In this document: piece after piece, positions 25,371 through 35,201 of the stretch
Position numbering within the stretch: the first letter of the stretch is position 1
How the letters are laid out: every line of letters begins with the position of its first letter
Origin: Thermoproteota archaeon
GTDB lineage: Archaea; Korarchaeota; Korarchaeia; Korarchaeales; JAOZGB01
DNA length: 64,000 nucleotides
Direction of reading: 5' to 3'
Assembly: GCA_037917685.1 (NCBI GenBank)
Contig: JAVCBU010000012.1
Span: forward strand, 224,001 to 288,000
Translations under genes and position numbers: made by a program
The notes under the pieces: model-generated
Database searches by the model: none
What the model saw: only the letters and a program-made list of their open reading frames with translations
What the model was told of the DNA's origin: nothing

Positions 25371-28328
25371 TTGGGTGTAAAGAGACTTCAGGGAAGCTAT
25401 GACCCGCTTAAGTTCGAAAGGGAGATACTTAACTGGTGGGATCAAAACAAAATCTATGATAAGATTAGGGCAAGCCTTAAAGGAAATGAAAAATACTATT
25501 TCTTAGATGGTCCTCCATATCCTTCAAGCAAGGAGATACACCCTGGTACATGTTGGAATAAGATACTAAAAGATGCAGTAGTAAGGTATAAGAGAGCTAG
25601 GGGATTTAACGTCAGAGACCAACCCGGATACGATTGCCATGGACTTCCAATCGAAGTTATTGTTGAAAAGGAGCTTAAATTCAAAACAAAATCTGAAATT
25701 GAAACTTATGGAGTAGACAAATTTGTTAATAAATGCTATGAGAAGGCCACAGAGAACCTCACGAGTATAACCGAGCAGTTTAAGGACCTAGGAATTTCTA
25801 TGGACTGGGATAGTCCATACCTTACCTACACGGATGAATATATTGAAAGTTTATGGTTTGGGTTAAAGGAAATATGGAGAAAGGGACTTCTTGAAAGAGG
25901 TTTAAAGGTTGTACATTGGTGTCCCCGCTGCGAAACAACACTTGCAGACTATGAGGTTTCAGAGTATAGACAAATCACGGATCCATCAATATTTGTTAAG
26001 TTTCCGATAGAGGGTAGAGAGAATTCGTATATAGTAATATGGACCACTACCCCGTGGACTCTCCCTGCAAATGTCGCAGTGATGGTACACCCTGACTACG
26101 ACTATATTGAAGCCACAAATGGAGAAGAGAATTACATAATTGCAGAGGGAAGACTTAGTGAGATCGAAGAAGAAACAGGTGTGCCATTAAAAGTCCTCAG
26201 GAGATTTAAAGGCTATGAACTTGAGGGCTTAAGATATAGATCTCCTCTCTATGATGAGGTTGAAGCCCAAAAGAAGCTCAAAAACGCTAGAATAGTCATT
26301 CTCTCCGACAAGTATGTTACCCTTGAGGAAGGCACAGGCTGTGTACACGTTGCACCTGGCCATGGTAAAGAAGATTATGAAGTTGGACATGAAGAGTATG
26401 GTTTACCAATCTTGATGTTCGTAGACGAGAAGGGAATTTTCAAAGAGGAAGCTGGGAAATACGCTGGAAGACATATTAAAGACGCAAACCAGATGATAAT
26501 AGAAGACCTGGAATCTAAAGGGATGCTCCTTAAGGCAGGTGTAATTACACACAAGTATCCGGTTTGCTGGAGATGTAAGACTCCACTAATCAATAGAGCA
26601 ACTGTCCAATGGTATGTTAAGGTTAGAAAGTTTAAAGAAAAGCTCATAGAGGAGGCGATGAAGGTTAAGTGGATACCAAAGTGGGGGGGAGAAGAGAGGT
26701 TTAGAAACTGGCTTGAAGATGTTAGAGACTGGGTGGTTAGTAGGCAGAGATATTGGGGCACCCCACTACCAATATGGATATGTGATTCTTGCGGGAAAGT
26801 ACATGTTGTAGGAAGCAAAAGAGAACTTGAGAATCTCTCAGGATTTAAGGTCAATAATCTTCACAGGCCATTGGTTGACAATGTTAGCTGGAAGTGCACC
26901 TGTGGTGGAAACATGAAACGTGTTAGAGATATCGTAGACGTCTGGTATGATTCTGGAATGGCTCACATTTCAAGCTTAGGCTATCCTATGAAGAAGGAAG
27001 AATTTAAGGATTGGTGGCCAGTTGATTTCATAACTGAGGGTCATGACCAAGTTGCAGGCTGGTTCTTCTCACTTCTTAGAACAGGTGTTCTCCTATTCGG
27101 CAAGGTCCCATATAAAACTGTACTTATGCACGGTTTTATGCTTGATGAAAAAGGTAGAGAAATGCATAAATCATTAGGAAACTATGTTTCCTCCTCTGTT
27201 ATTGTAGATAGGTACGGGAGAGATCCCTTCAGAATTTTCGTCCTATCAGCAACGCCATGGCATGATCTGAAATTCTCATTTAAGGGGTTAAAACTTGTAA
27301 GAGGAAAATTAAATATTGTATGGAATGTTTACGCCTTTGCTTCAACGTATATGGAGGGAATAGATCCCTTCTCGATTCAAATTGAGGATATAGAGATGGA
27401 ACCTGAAGATATATGGTTGATCTCTAAACTTCAGACATTAATACATGACGTAACAGGTTTTATGGAGGAATTTAGCCTTCATAAGGCAGTGCAGAATATA
27501 TTAGACTTTATAATTGAAGATGTAAGCCATTTCTACATAAGAGTTATTAGACGAAGACTTTGGGGAGGGAAGAACCAAGATGGGTGCAGATATACACTTC
27601 TATATGTTCTTGGGAAGATGCTACCTCTAATTGCTCCGTTTGCACCATTTATAGCTGAAAAAATATATCAGGAGTCATGGACGGAGGTCTATAAATTGGA
27701 AAGCGTCCACATGATTAGGTGGCCTAAGCCGGAGGAAAAACTAAGAAATCCGAAAGTTGAGGCTGAATTTGAAATTGTTAGAAAGGTGGTTGATCGAATT
27801 ATGTCTTTAAGATCGACATCAGGACTAAAACTTAGACAGCCGATAAGGTCTGTTCTCATAATCCCGAGTAGGAGTGAATATGCTGACACGATTAGAAAAT
27901 ATGGTGAAATAATAGCTTACTTAGCAAACGCCCTTAATATAGAATTAGGCGACAAACCGCCAGGAGAAGGATGGAAAGGAGATGAAACAGAATATGGAAA
28001 GGTCTACATAAATCTTAGAGTAGATGAAAAGTTAAGGGCGATGGGATTTACAGGAGATGTCAGGAGAAGGATACAATCCATGAGAAGACAACTAGGTTTA
28101 ACTAGAGGGAAAGAGTGGATCAAACTCTATGTTACAGGTGACGCAAAAGCTTTAGGGTTAATCAAAGAATTCAAGGAAAAATTAGCCGCAGAGGTACATG
28201 CCACCCAGGTTGTTATCGGAGTAGAACCTCCTGATAGGGAAAAATGCCTAACTAAAGAATTCGATATTAATGGATTAAGGGTTAACATTTTCATAAGAAT
28301 AGTAGATAGTCTTGAGGGTTCACAGTGA
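25371..28328 (+). CDS. ileS: Isoleucyl-tRNA synthetase
   Basis: DGPPY, GYDCHGLP, WTTTPWTLP, GTGCVH.APGHG, SRQRYWG.P, EMHKS. Confidence 0.95.
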   Translation: MGVKRLQGSYDPLKFEREILNWWDQNKIYDKIRASLKGNEKYYFLDGPPYPSSKEIHPGTCWNKILKDAVVRYKRARGFNVRDQPGYDCHGLPIEVIVEKELKFKTKSEIETYGVDKFVNKCYEKATENLTSITEQFKDLGISMDWDSPYLTYTDEYIESLWFGLKEIWRKGLLERGLKVVHWCPRCETTLADYEVSEYRQITDPSIFVKFPIEGRENSYIVIWTTTPWTLPANVAVMVHPDYDYIEATNGEENYIIAEGRLSEIEEETGVPLKVLRRFKGYELEGLRYRSPLYDEVEAQKKLKNARIVILSDKYVTLEEGTGCVHVAPGHGKEDYEVGHEEYGLPILMFVDEKGIFKEEAGKYAGRHIKDANQMIIEDLESKGMLLKAGVITHKYPVCWRCKTPLINRATVQWYVKVRKFKEKLIEEAMKVKWIPKWGGEERFRNWLEDVRDWVVSRQRYWGTPLPIWICDSCGKVHVVGSKRELENLSGFKVNNLHRPLVDNVSWKCTCGGNMKRVRDIVDVWYDSGMAHISSLGYPMKKEEFKDWWPVDFITEGHDQVAGWFFSLLRTGVLLFGKVPYKTVLMHGFMLDEKGREMHKSLGNYVSSSVIVDRYGRDPFRIFVLSATPWHDLKFSFKGLKLVRGKLNIVWNVYAFASTYMEGIDPFSIQIEDIEMEPEDIWLISKLQTLIHDVTGFMEEFSLHKAVQNILDFIIEDVSHFYIRVIRRRLWGGKNQDGCRYTLLYVLGKMLPLIAPFAPFIAEKIYQESWTEVYKLESVHMIRWPKPEEKLRNPKVEAEFEIVRKVVDRIMSLRSTSGLKLRQPIRSVLIIPSRSEYADTIRKYGEIIAYLANALNIELGDKPPGEGWKGDETEYGKVYINLRVDEKLRAMGFTGDVRRRIQSMRRQLGLTRGKEWIKLYVTGDAKALGLIKEFKEKLAAEVHATQVVIGVEPPDREKCLTKEFDINGLRVNIFIRIVDSLEGSQ

Positions 28329-28932
28329 AACATTAAAATTTCTTAGGAGTGTTTTATACAAGACTTCATTGGTTAGACGAACGGTTGCTGGAGTAGATTT
28401 AGCAGGAACCGAGAAAAACCCTACAGGAGTTTGTATTCTGGATGGTATGTATCATAGGTCAATGATCGCCTATCGGGATAGTGAGATTCTTGAAAAAATA
28501 ATTTCCGCATGTCCTGAGATTATAGCGATAGATGCTCCCCTCACAATGCCAGTTCAGGGATATGAAAGGAATGTTGAAAGAATTATGCGAAGTATGGGAT
28601 ACAGATTGTTTCCCCCTCTCTTGGGGGGAATGAAGAAGCTAACAATTAGGGGTGTGAGATTAAATAGTGAGCTGAAGAGGAGAGGTTTCAGGACAATTGA
28701 GGTTCATCCTTTAACATCGAGAAAAATACTAGGAATACCAGAGAGAGATCTAAGCGCTATTAGGAGGTTTTTCCTCTCAATTGGGGTTAGAGGAGACGTT
28801 GAGGTTAAGAATCTTTCTATACATGAGATAGACGCATTAACAGCAGCTGTTGTTGCCTTGTTGCACCTTGAGGGGTTAACAACAGTAGTAGGGGACGAAG
28901 AGGGCTATATTGTTTGTCCGAGGCTCTTATGA
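28312..28932 (+). CDS. DUF429-family protein (predicted RNase H-fold nuclease)
   Basis: AGVDLAG..TG, AIDAPL, EVHP, HEIDA. Confidence 0.75.
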   Translation: MRVHSETLKFLRSVLYKTSLVRRTVAGVDLAGTEKNPTGVCILDGMYHRSMIAYRDSEILEKIISACPEIIAIDAPLTMPVQGYERNVERIMRSMGYRLFPPLLGGMKKLTIRGVRLNSELKRRGFRTIEVHPLTSRKILGIPERDLSAIRRFFLSIGVRGDVEVKNLSIHEIDALTAAVVALLHLEGLTTVVGDEEGYIVCPRLL

Positions 28933-29585
28933 AAGAGATCGATTATGTTTTTTATTTCTTCAAATATTTTTTCAGGAGCCTGGGATGCATCAACAATCTT
29001 AACGATTCCTCTGTCTATGTAATGTTCTATTATAGGTTTAGTGTATTCCTCGTAAACCTCTATCCTTTTACATAAGATTTCTAATTTCTCATCGTCCATC
29101 CTCTTCTCAAGTTTCGAGCCACATTCGTCACATTTTAAATCCTCTTTTGGAGGGTTTGTTCTCAGATTGTATATGGCTCCGCAAACTGGGCAGATAAGCC
29201 TGTTTATGTTCCTCTCGATTATTTGGTTCTTATCTATATGTAGACTTATTACAAGTATTTTCCCTCCTAGCTCATCTATTATAGAGTCTAGAGCTTCTAC
29301 CTGGTTCATTGTTCTTGGGTACCCATCTAGAATGCATCCCTTTTGGCAGTCTTCAGATAACAGTCTTTCTTTTATTATTCGATTTACGATTTCATCGGGT
29401 ACGAGGCCTCCTAGCTCAATGCATTTTTTCACCATTTTAGAGAGTTCGCTATCCCCCTTGGCTATTTCCCTAAATATTCTTCCCGACTCTATGTGTGGTA
29501 TTCCATACCTTTTCGCTATTTTCTTTGCCTGGGTTCCTTTACCGGCACCTGGGGGGCCCAAGAGAATTATGTATAGTTTCTCCAT
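28905..29585 (-). CDS. adk: Adenylate kinase (bacterial type, Zn-binding LID)
   Basis: LGPPGAGKGTQA, LVPDE, LDGYPRT, CPVC...CDEC, RMDD. Confidence 0.9.
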   Translation of the reverse strand: MEKLYIILLGPPGAGKGTQAKKIAKRYGIPHIESGRIFREIAKGDSELSKMVKKCIELGGLVPDEIVNRIIKERLLSEDCQKGCILDGYPRTMNQVEALDSIIDELGGKILVISLHIDKNQIIERNINRLICPVCGAIYNLRTNPPKEDLKCDECGSKLEKRMDDEKLEILCKRIEVYEEYTKPIIEHYIDRGIVKIVDASQAPEKIFEEIKNIIDLFHKSLGQTI

Positions 29586-29633
29586 TCCAGTCACTCCGCC
29601 GTGTGATGCAACCTCTAATCATTAATAAGATTT

Positions 29634-30029
29634 TTGTGGGTTTCTATCATTGTGAAGGTTTCCGATGTTATGACCAGGGAAGTACTGACAGTTGAGGTGG
29701 GAACCCCTGTCACAGAGGCTGTAAGACTTATGGCTGAGCATGGTGTTAACAGCATTCCGGTTGTTAGAAATGGGTTTTACGAGGGAATAGTTAAGGTTGA
29801 AGACATTCTAAGCCTTGCTGTTAGTAAGGACGTTAATATTTCTGAATTAAAGGTTGAAGATGTAATGACTCCCTACCCTGTCTTTGTATCACCTAGCACG
29901 GACTTGACAGAGGCGGCAAGGATCATGGTTGAGAAAAAAGTTGGGCATTTACTTGTAGTTGATGGAAGGAAGGTGGTAGGCATTATATCTGACTTTGATG
30001 TAATCGAGACTTTCTCTGAAGTGTCATAG
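29634..30029 (+). CDS. CBS domain pair protein
   Basis: KVSDVMT...KVEDVMT...VGIISDFD; the real start may be slightly downstream. Confidence 0.85.
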   Translation: MWVSIIVKVSDVMTREVLTVEVGTPVTEAVRLMAEHGVNSIPVVRNGFYEGIVKVEDILSLAVSKDVNISELKVEDVMTPYPVFVSPSTDLTEAARIMVEKKVGHLLVVDGRKVVGIISDFDVIETFSEVS

Positions 30030-30515
30030 AACAACAATGGCGTATTTTAGATTTCTTCCTTCAAAAATGCTTATCATCCTTTGTATAGCATCATCCAGAT
30101 TGTAGATTCTATATAGATGAGAGTAGCAGCCCGCCTTACAGTCTGTAGCACCGAAGCCCTTAATTGTAGGTTTACATCCTGTGGATTCTAATAGTTTGGA
30201 TAACTCGTGTTCCATCTTCTCATCATAAATAACGATTGCTTTAACTGGGGTTACGTTTCTATTTAATGTTAGATAATCTATATGCCATCTGGTTTTCTTT
30301 CGCTTGCTTTTATGTCTGTTTAATCTCCCTTTAAGGTTTTGGGGGGGCTCCCCATGGGCTGAGCCTAAATATGCGTAGTAGCCTCTGCCTAGATGTTGTA
30401 AACCTAGACGCCCAACTCTGACCTTTAAATTCTCTTTAACATATAGTATTAGGATATAAGTTCCCTTAGCCTTCTCCGGGACGTCTGACAGAATTATATG
30501 GGAAAACTCCATCAC
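30024..30515 (-). CDS. GIY-YIG nuclease-like protein (DUF123 family)
   Basis: GTYILIL, GYYAYLGSA, R..RH, RWHIDYL, GFGATDC..C.SHL. Confidence 0.8.
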   Translation of the reverse strand: MMEFSHIILSDVPEKAKGTYILILYVKENLKVRVGRLGLQHLGRGYYAYLGSAHGEPPQNLKGRLNRHKSKRKKTRWHIDYLTLNRNVTPVKAIVIYDEKMEHELSKLLESTGCKPTIKGFGATDCKAGCYSHLYRIYNLDDAIQRMISIFEGRNLKYAIVVL

Positions 30516-32004
30516 CTATACTTTTTAATAGCTTAGGTATTTCTTCTATTAAATCAGTGGCGGTTAGTTGGCTTCCTTTTTTCGTGTAAGCAATGTCACC
30601 AGCCGATCCATTTATAAATGCGGCTGCTACAGCAGCATCAAATGGAGAAGCCCCGTAGGCTTGAAATGCTGCTACAAGACCTGATAACACATCACCTGTC
30701 CCCCCGGAGGTCATCCCAGGATTTCCTGTTGAGTTTATCTTTGTGCTTCTTCCATCTGAGATGTAGTCATCGTAACCTTTGAGAAGTATTGTGCACCCAA
30801 GTTTAGAGGCTACCTCTTTAACTACTTTTATTCTTTCTTTTCTATTTCTTGGAGGTTTAAAGTTTGAAAGCACATGGAATTCCGCTTCGTGGGGTGTAAT
30901 CACGGTATTCCCCCCAACCGTCGGCTTATACTTTGCAACTGCTTTTATCGCATCCGCATCTATGGTTAGAGATTTTTTATTCTTTGAGAGGTGATTTATC
31001 ACCTCTGCTATAGCCTGCAACGTCTCATCTTCTAAGCCTAAGCCTGGACCTAAGAGTATTGAGTCCATTTTAGAAGCATACTCTAGGATTATAGAGACAT
31101 CGTCTAAGGAGAGGAAATTTCGTGAGCTGAGTGGGTTTACGATTAAAAGCGGCGAGTAAGATTTCACTATTGGTGCTACTTTTCTAGGTGTGAGAACTAA
31201 CACTATATCTACACCAGCACTTATTGCTGCTAAAGCAGAGAGGGCTGGAGCGCCAGAATAAAATAGGCTACCTCCAACTACAAGTACTCTTCCATAATCG
31301 CCTTTATGGCTCCATGGCTCTCTCCAAGGAAGTATTTTTGCAACGTCGCCTGGTCCTGCGAATATTTCAGCTTCGGGTGGTACTCCTATAGAAGCTATTA
31401 TTATTTTCCCGGTATATTCTCTGCTTTTTCCAAGACCAGGCTTCAACTTATGGAATGTTACTGTTATGTTAGCCTTTACTGCCACGCCTAGGGGTCGGCC
31501 CGTAAGGGGGTTTAAGCCTGTTGGTATGTCTACGGATACAACTACCTTCTTACTATTATTGATGATCTCTACTAATTCTTTATAAGGGTATCTTAGTTCT
31601 CTTGTTATACCTGTTCCTAGTAATGCATCAACTATTATGTCAGAGTTTTTAACTATTTCTTTAACCCTCTTGAGATCGTCTGGGGATTTTATATATATTG
31701 TTTCGATGCTTTCTCTCATATTTCTTATAATTTCCCAGTTTTCACGAGCTTCTTCTGTTTTTATTAGCTTGGGAGGTACGGCTAGCACAAGGCTAACTCG
31801 ATAACTCAATGATGCAAGGTGCCTTGCTGCTACCAATCCGTCTCCGCCATTGTTACCTGGCCCGGAGAGTATGCAGATTTGCTTATTTTTCTCAAAGTTT
31901 TCTGATATAACCCTGGCGACAGCACTACCTGCGTTTTCCATGAGGATCCTTACTGGTACACCTAGGAATGCCGAATTTAACTCGTAAGGATTCGCTTTGG
32001 TCAT
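30466..32004 (-). CDS. nnr: Bifunctional NAD(P)H-hydrate repair enzyme (NnrE epimerase / NnrD dehydratase)
   Basis: LMENAG, GPGNNGGDG, DALLGTG, DIPTG, SHKGDYG, GPGLG, DADA, TPH..EF, GGTGDVL. Confidence 0.92.
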   Translation of the reverse strand: MTKANPYELNSAFLGVPVRILMENAGSAVARVISENFEKNKQICILSGPGNNGGDGLVAARHLASLSYRVSLVLAVPPKLIKTEEARENWEIIRNMRESIETIYIKSPDDLKRVKEIVKNSDIIVDALLGTGITRELRYPYKELVEIINNSKKVVVSVDIPTGLNPLTGRPLGVAVKANITVTFHKLKPGLGKSREYTGKIIIASIGVPPEAEIFAGPGDVAKILPWREPWSHKGDYGRVLVVGGSLFYSGAPALSALAAISAGVDIVLVLTPRKVAPIVKSYSPLLIVNPLSSRNFLSLDDVSIILEYASKMDSILLGPGLGLEDETLQAIAEVINHLSKNKKSLTIDADAIKAVAKYKPTVGGNTVITPHEAEFHVLSNFKPPRNRKERIKVVKEVASKLGCTILLKGYDDYISDGRSTKINSTGNPGMTSGGTGDVLSGLVAAFQAYGASPFDAAVAAAFINGSAGDIAYTKKGSQLTATDLIEEIPKLLKSIGDGVFPYNSVRRPGEG

Positions 32005-32044
32005 AATTACACCTTTAAATTTATTTGGCACTACTAGGTGTTCC

Positions 32045-32575
32045 GTGGAGAATTTTAACTTTATTATTACCTGTCGTAGGGGGCAGGAGTTTCACGCTAT
32101 CTTCGAGGCTGAGCATGTCTTCTCTTTGGTAGGAGATGAGTCTGCTAAGTTATGGAGGTCAGGTGTTCAGGGCTTACTCCTTGCTAGGACATCCTTGGAT
32201 CCTATCCATGCTGTTCGCTCCATTAGAAAGCTTGCGCGTGATAGAATCGATATTTTTAATCTTACCTTAAGGTACATACCGATATTAACCGTGGTTAAGA
32301 CCAATATCGACGAGATGAGATCGGCTGTTAAGAAACTTGCATCTATAATTGGGCCTGACGAAAGTTTCAGGGTTACTGTTGAAAAGAGACGCACATCTCT
32401 TCATTCTAAGGATATCATTGTTGCTCTTGCGGATCTTGTTGAGAGGAGAGTTGACCTTAAAGAACCAGACAAGGTGATACTTGTGGAAGTCATAGGAGAA
32501 ATAACTGGTATTTCTATTGTTAGTCCAGATGATATATTATCCATTGCAGCTCTGAGGAGGATGCGTGAATTTTAA
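32045..32575 (+). CDS. THUMP domain RNA-binding protein
   Basis: SFRVTVEKR, VDLKEPDKVILVEV; GTG start after AGGTG. Confidence 0.85.
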   Translation: MENFNFIITCRRGQEFHAIFEAEHVFSLVGDESAKLWRSGVQGLLLARTSLDPIHAVRSIRKLARDRIDIFNLTLRYIPILTVVKTNIDEMRSAVKKLASIIGPDESFRVTVEKRRTSLHSKDIIVALADLVERRVDLKEPDKVILVEVIGEITGISIVSPDDILSIAALRRMREF

Positions 32576-33462
32576 TGTAAGGCTTCTTCTATATCTGTTA
32601 TAAGTCTTTCTATTGCTCTTGCGGCCCTTAACCCTTCACTTACACGACTTTCTATTTTCTTCTTGTTTTTAACATGCTTCACTAATAATACTTGTATTAG
32701 GGATATGATAGCACCCACCCATATTATTATTGGAGGCTGAAAATTAAAGTCAGGAAGACTCACACCGTATCCTAACGTGAAGTACAGAGTTAAAATTGCT
32801 ATTTGACTCTCATGATAACTAAGGTGTAAAAATGAAAATGCTATTGCGTATATCAGAGGGGATAAGTAAAATATTAATGGAATGATTGTTTTGGTTTTAT
32901 GTTCGTATAGTGCTATTTGAACTATCGAAGAAAGAAGATATGGAAGGGAGTAGTATTTGTAATCTTTCTTGCTTGAGATAAATGACGCTACAAGCCATAA
33001 GCTAATTAGTTGAAGGAGGACGACTGATACCTTTCTTAACTGCAGTATGAGTAGAACTTTGTATAGACTATTTAGCGTAGAATTAGTTACCCAAACGTAG
33101 AGATTAGCCCATGTCCACATTACTTGAGGCTTACCGACGTATTGTTTGTTAGGGTTATCACTAACTATTGTTATATTGACAAGTACTAATATAAAAGATG
33201 TGATGAATTTAAGCATGTATTCATATTGTATACAATTAAGCCATGTTGGTACGTAGGGATCTTCTTCGCCTACAGAAAGGTTTAGGACCATATATTTAAA
33301 GGCATCTACGCCAACAACAGGTATTTTGTGGAGAATCATCATTGGTGTAATGTAAATGTCCGATACAGAGACATAATAGAAGGCATAAAAATATAACATT
33401 GATAGTGGGAGAAGGATTGTTATATTGAGCACGACGAGAAAAGCTATTACTTTAGAAATCAT
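32572..33462 (-). CDS. Polytopic membrane hypothetical protein
   Basis: Multiple hydrophobic segments; AT-rich; start placed at MISKVIAF. Confidence 0.6.
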   Translation of the reverse strand: MISKVIAFLVVLNITILLPLSMLYFYAFYYVSVSDIYITPMMILHKIPVVGVDAFKYMVLNLSVGEEDPYVPTWLNCIQYEYMLKFITSFILVLVNITIVSDNPNKQYVGKPQVMWTWANLYVWVTNSTLNSLYKVLLILQLRKVSVVLLQLISLWLVASFISSKKDYKYYSLPYLLSSIVQIALYEHKTKTIIPLIFYLSPLIYAIAFSFLHLSYHESQIAILTLYFTLGYGVSLPDFNFQPPIIIWVGAIISLIQVLLVKHVKNKKKIESRVSEGLRAARAIERLITDIEEALH

Positions 33463-33668
33463 AACTTGACACCGAAAAATCTGGAAAAGATATAATGTTA
33501 GCTTGCTCGTAGGCGAAACGTTTGTATTTTGACTCGATGCTTCGTAAAGACATGCTGAACATTTCGCATTCAAATAATATTAGTGAGATTAGGATATTTA
33601 ATTATCTCTGGTGATAGAAATAGAAGTTTAAAGCATTGAGACGTTAAACTTAGGAGGTGTAGGCTTTC

Positions 33669-35201
33669 TTATAGAATGGATCCTAAGGTGATGAGGTTTG
33701 CCAGGTGGGACATTATGGCAAGAAGTAAAACGTATTTAAAACTTAGACTCATACTTCCTGTTCTGGCTGTGCCGACGATTAATCCAATCATCCATGTTTG
33801 TAGCATGTTAATTCTACAGAATAGTAGTTTAACAGATGGCCCAAGCATTCCAGGGAGATTGTACAGTCGTCCAAGTATTATACCTACGGACAAGGATATA
33901 GCGAAGCTCATTAGGGCGGTCATAACGTAACTCGACATGACTTGCATGCAAGACTCGCGAAGGTTACGCATCTCCTCGGCGAACTTTGCAAGCCTACTCA
34001 GTACTTCAGATGGTCTACCATAGCTGAGGCTTTCCACGGCAAGTTTTAGGAACGGGGAGGCAATTGTACCATTGAGCTTTGAAGCCATGCTTAGAAGTAC
34101 ATCATGGAAGCCGAAGCCTAGAGATAGCTTGGCTTTGGCGTTTTCTATAATGTCTTCAAGGCCGGAGTATCCTTTCCCAAGCAGTTGCAGCGCACGGCCT
34201 GGCGGCATGCCCCTGGTAACATGCTCCGTAAGGTCACGTAGAAACCTTGGAAACCCACGGTTAACTCCAGAGGCCCAGCGTTCAAACCTTAAGCCAACAA
34301 GGATGACAGGTGTGCACGCTGCAACTGTATAGTAGAGAAAGCCGAACCTAAGCAAAGGTAAAGTTAGAATCGTGGAAGCAAAGGATAAAAGCGCGATGTA
34401 GCGGGGTGGCTTGATCCACTTCTCAACACTAGCCTTAACCATAAGCAACAGGGGGAGTGATGATGCTAGCATGAGCGTAAAGATATAGAGGGTTGCAGCA
34501 TCAACATCAAGGCCAACCATTGAAGGATTCACAGCCTCCGGGCTCACGATAGCCCTGAAAACCATTACCAGAACTAGTATTATCGGGAAAACAATGCTTA
34601 CAAGAATATAAGTTATAAGTAGTTTATATACACGATCATATCTTGCCTGCAACCTTAACTTTGAGGTTGACATCCACGCCTCAGCCTCAGCCCTAGCAAG
34701 CTCCTCGATAGCGACGGCAGTAGTGGAGACGGTGCTCCTAAGCCTTTCCATGAATCTTGAGAAGGCCTTACTTGGGCATGTCTCAGCCGCACGCTCAAGC
34801 CCTTCCCAGACCCCTGTATAGTCTACCATCAAGCTAACATGGGAGAGGAACAAGGAGATATCCCTATCTTCAACCACATGTGCAAGTCTATTAAAGGAGT
34901 AGCTGACTGAAACGTTTACTAGGCTTGCAAGCCCAGTGTAGATGAGCCACAGCCAAGACTCAAGCCTCGCGGCACGCTCCCTAACGTTCAAGATAGGTGT
35001 GATAAGATAGAGTGTGAAGACAGCAGGGGCCGTGGCTAACAGGAGGAGCCTGCCCCAACGCTGAACGGGTAGAATGAATGAAAGAATGAGGGGTATAAGA
35101 CTTAGAGTTAGAGACTCAGCTAGAAGCCTGCCAGGGCCTCTAGTGTAGCCTGCCTTCAAGAGTACTGTTTCAAACTTTATACTCGGAAGCTTTAGCCTCA
35201 A
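33669..35201 (-). CDS. Type II secretion/type IV pilus membrane platform protein (TadC/FlaJ-like)
   Basis: Two T2SSF-like cytoplasmic repeats (ETCPSKAFSRFMERL; FPRFLRDL...GM...AL...YSGL) separated by TM bundles; follows the ATPase gene. Confidence 0.85.
   Translation of the reverse strand: MRLKLPSIKFETVLLKAGYTRGPGRLLAESLTLSLIPLILSFILPVQRWGRLLLLATAPAVFTLYLITPILNVRERAARLESWLWLIYTGLASLVNVSVSYSFNRLAHVVEDRDISLFLSHVSLMVDYTGVWEGLERAAETCPSKAFSRFMERLRSTVSTTAVAIEELARAEAEAWMSTSKLRLQARYDRVYKLLITYILVSIVFPIILVLVMVFRAIVSPEAVNPSMVGLDVDAATLYIFTLMLASSLPLLLMVKASVEKWIKPPRYIALLSFASTILTLPLLRFGFLYYTVAACTPVILVGLRFERWASGVNRGFPRFLRDLTEHVTRGMPPGRALQLLGKGYSGLEDIIENAKAKLSLGFGFHDVLLSMASKLNGTIASPFLKLAVESLSYGRPSEVLSRLAKFAEEMRNLRESCMQVMSSYVMTALMSFAISLSVGIILGRLYNLPGMLGPSVKLLFCRINMLQTWMIGLIVGTARTGSMSLSFKYVLLLAIMSHLANLITLGSIL

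Noticed and set aside
30024-30515. GIY-YIG gene as a homing endonuclease serving the intein
   Set aside because: It matches the common stand-alone DUF123-type archaeal repair-nuclease pattern and lies 27 kb from the intein
33466-33496. Perfect bacterial sigma70 hexamers TTGACA...TATAAT
   Set aside because: The spacer is 19 bp (consensus about 17), the host is archaeal, the region is AT-rich, and there is no + strand gene downstream; likely chance
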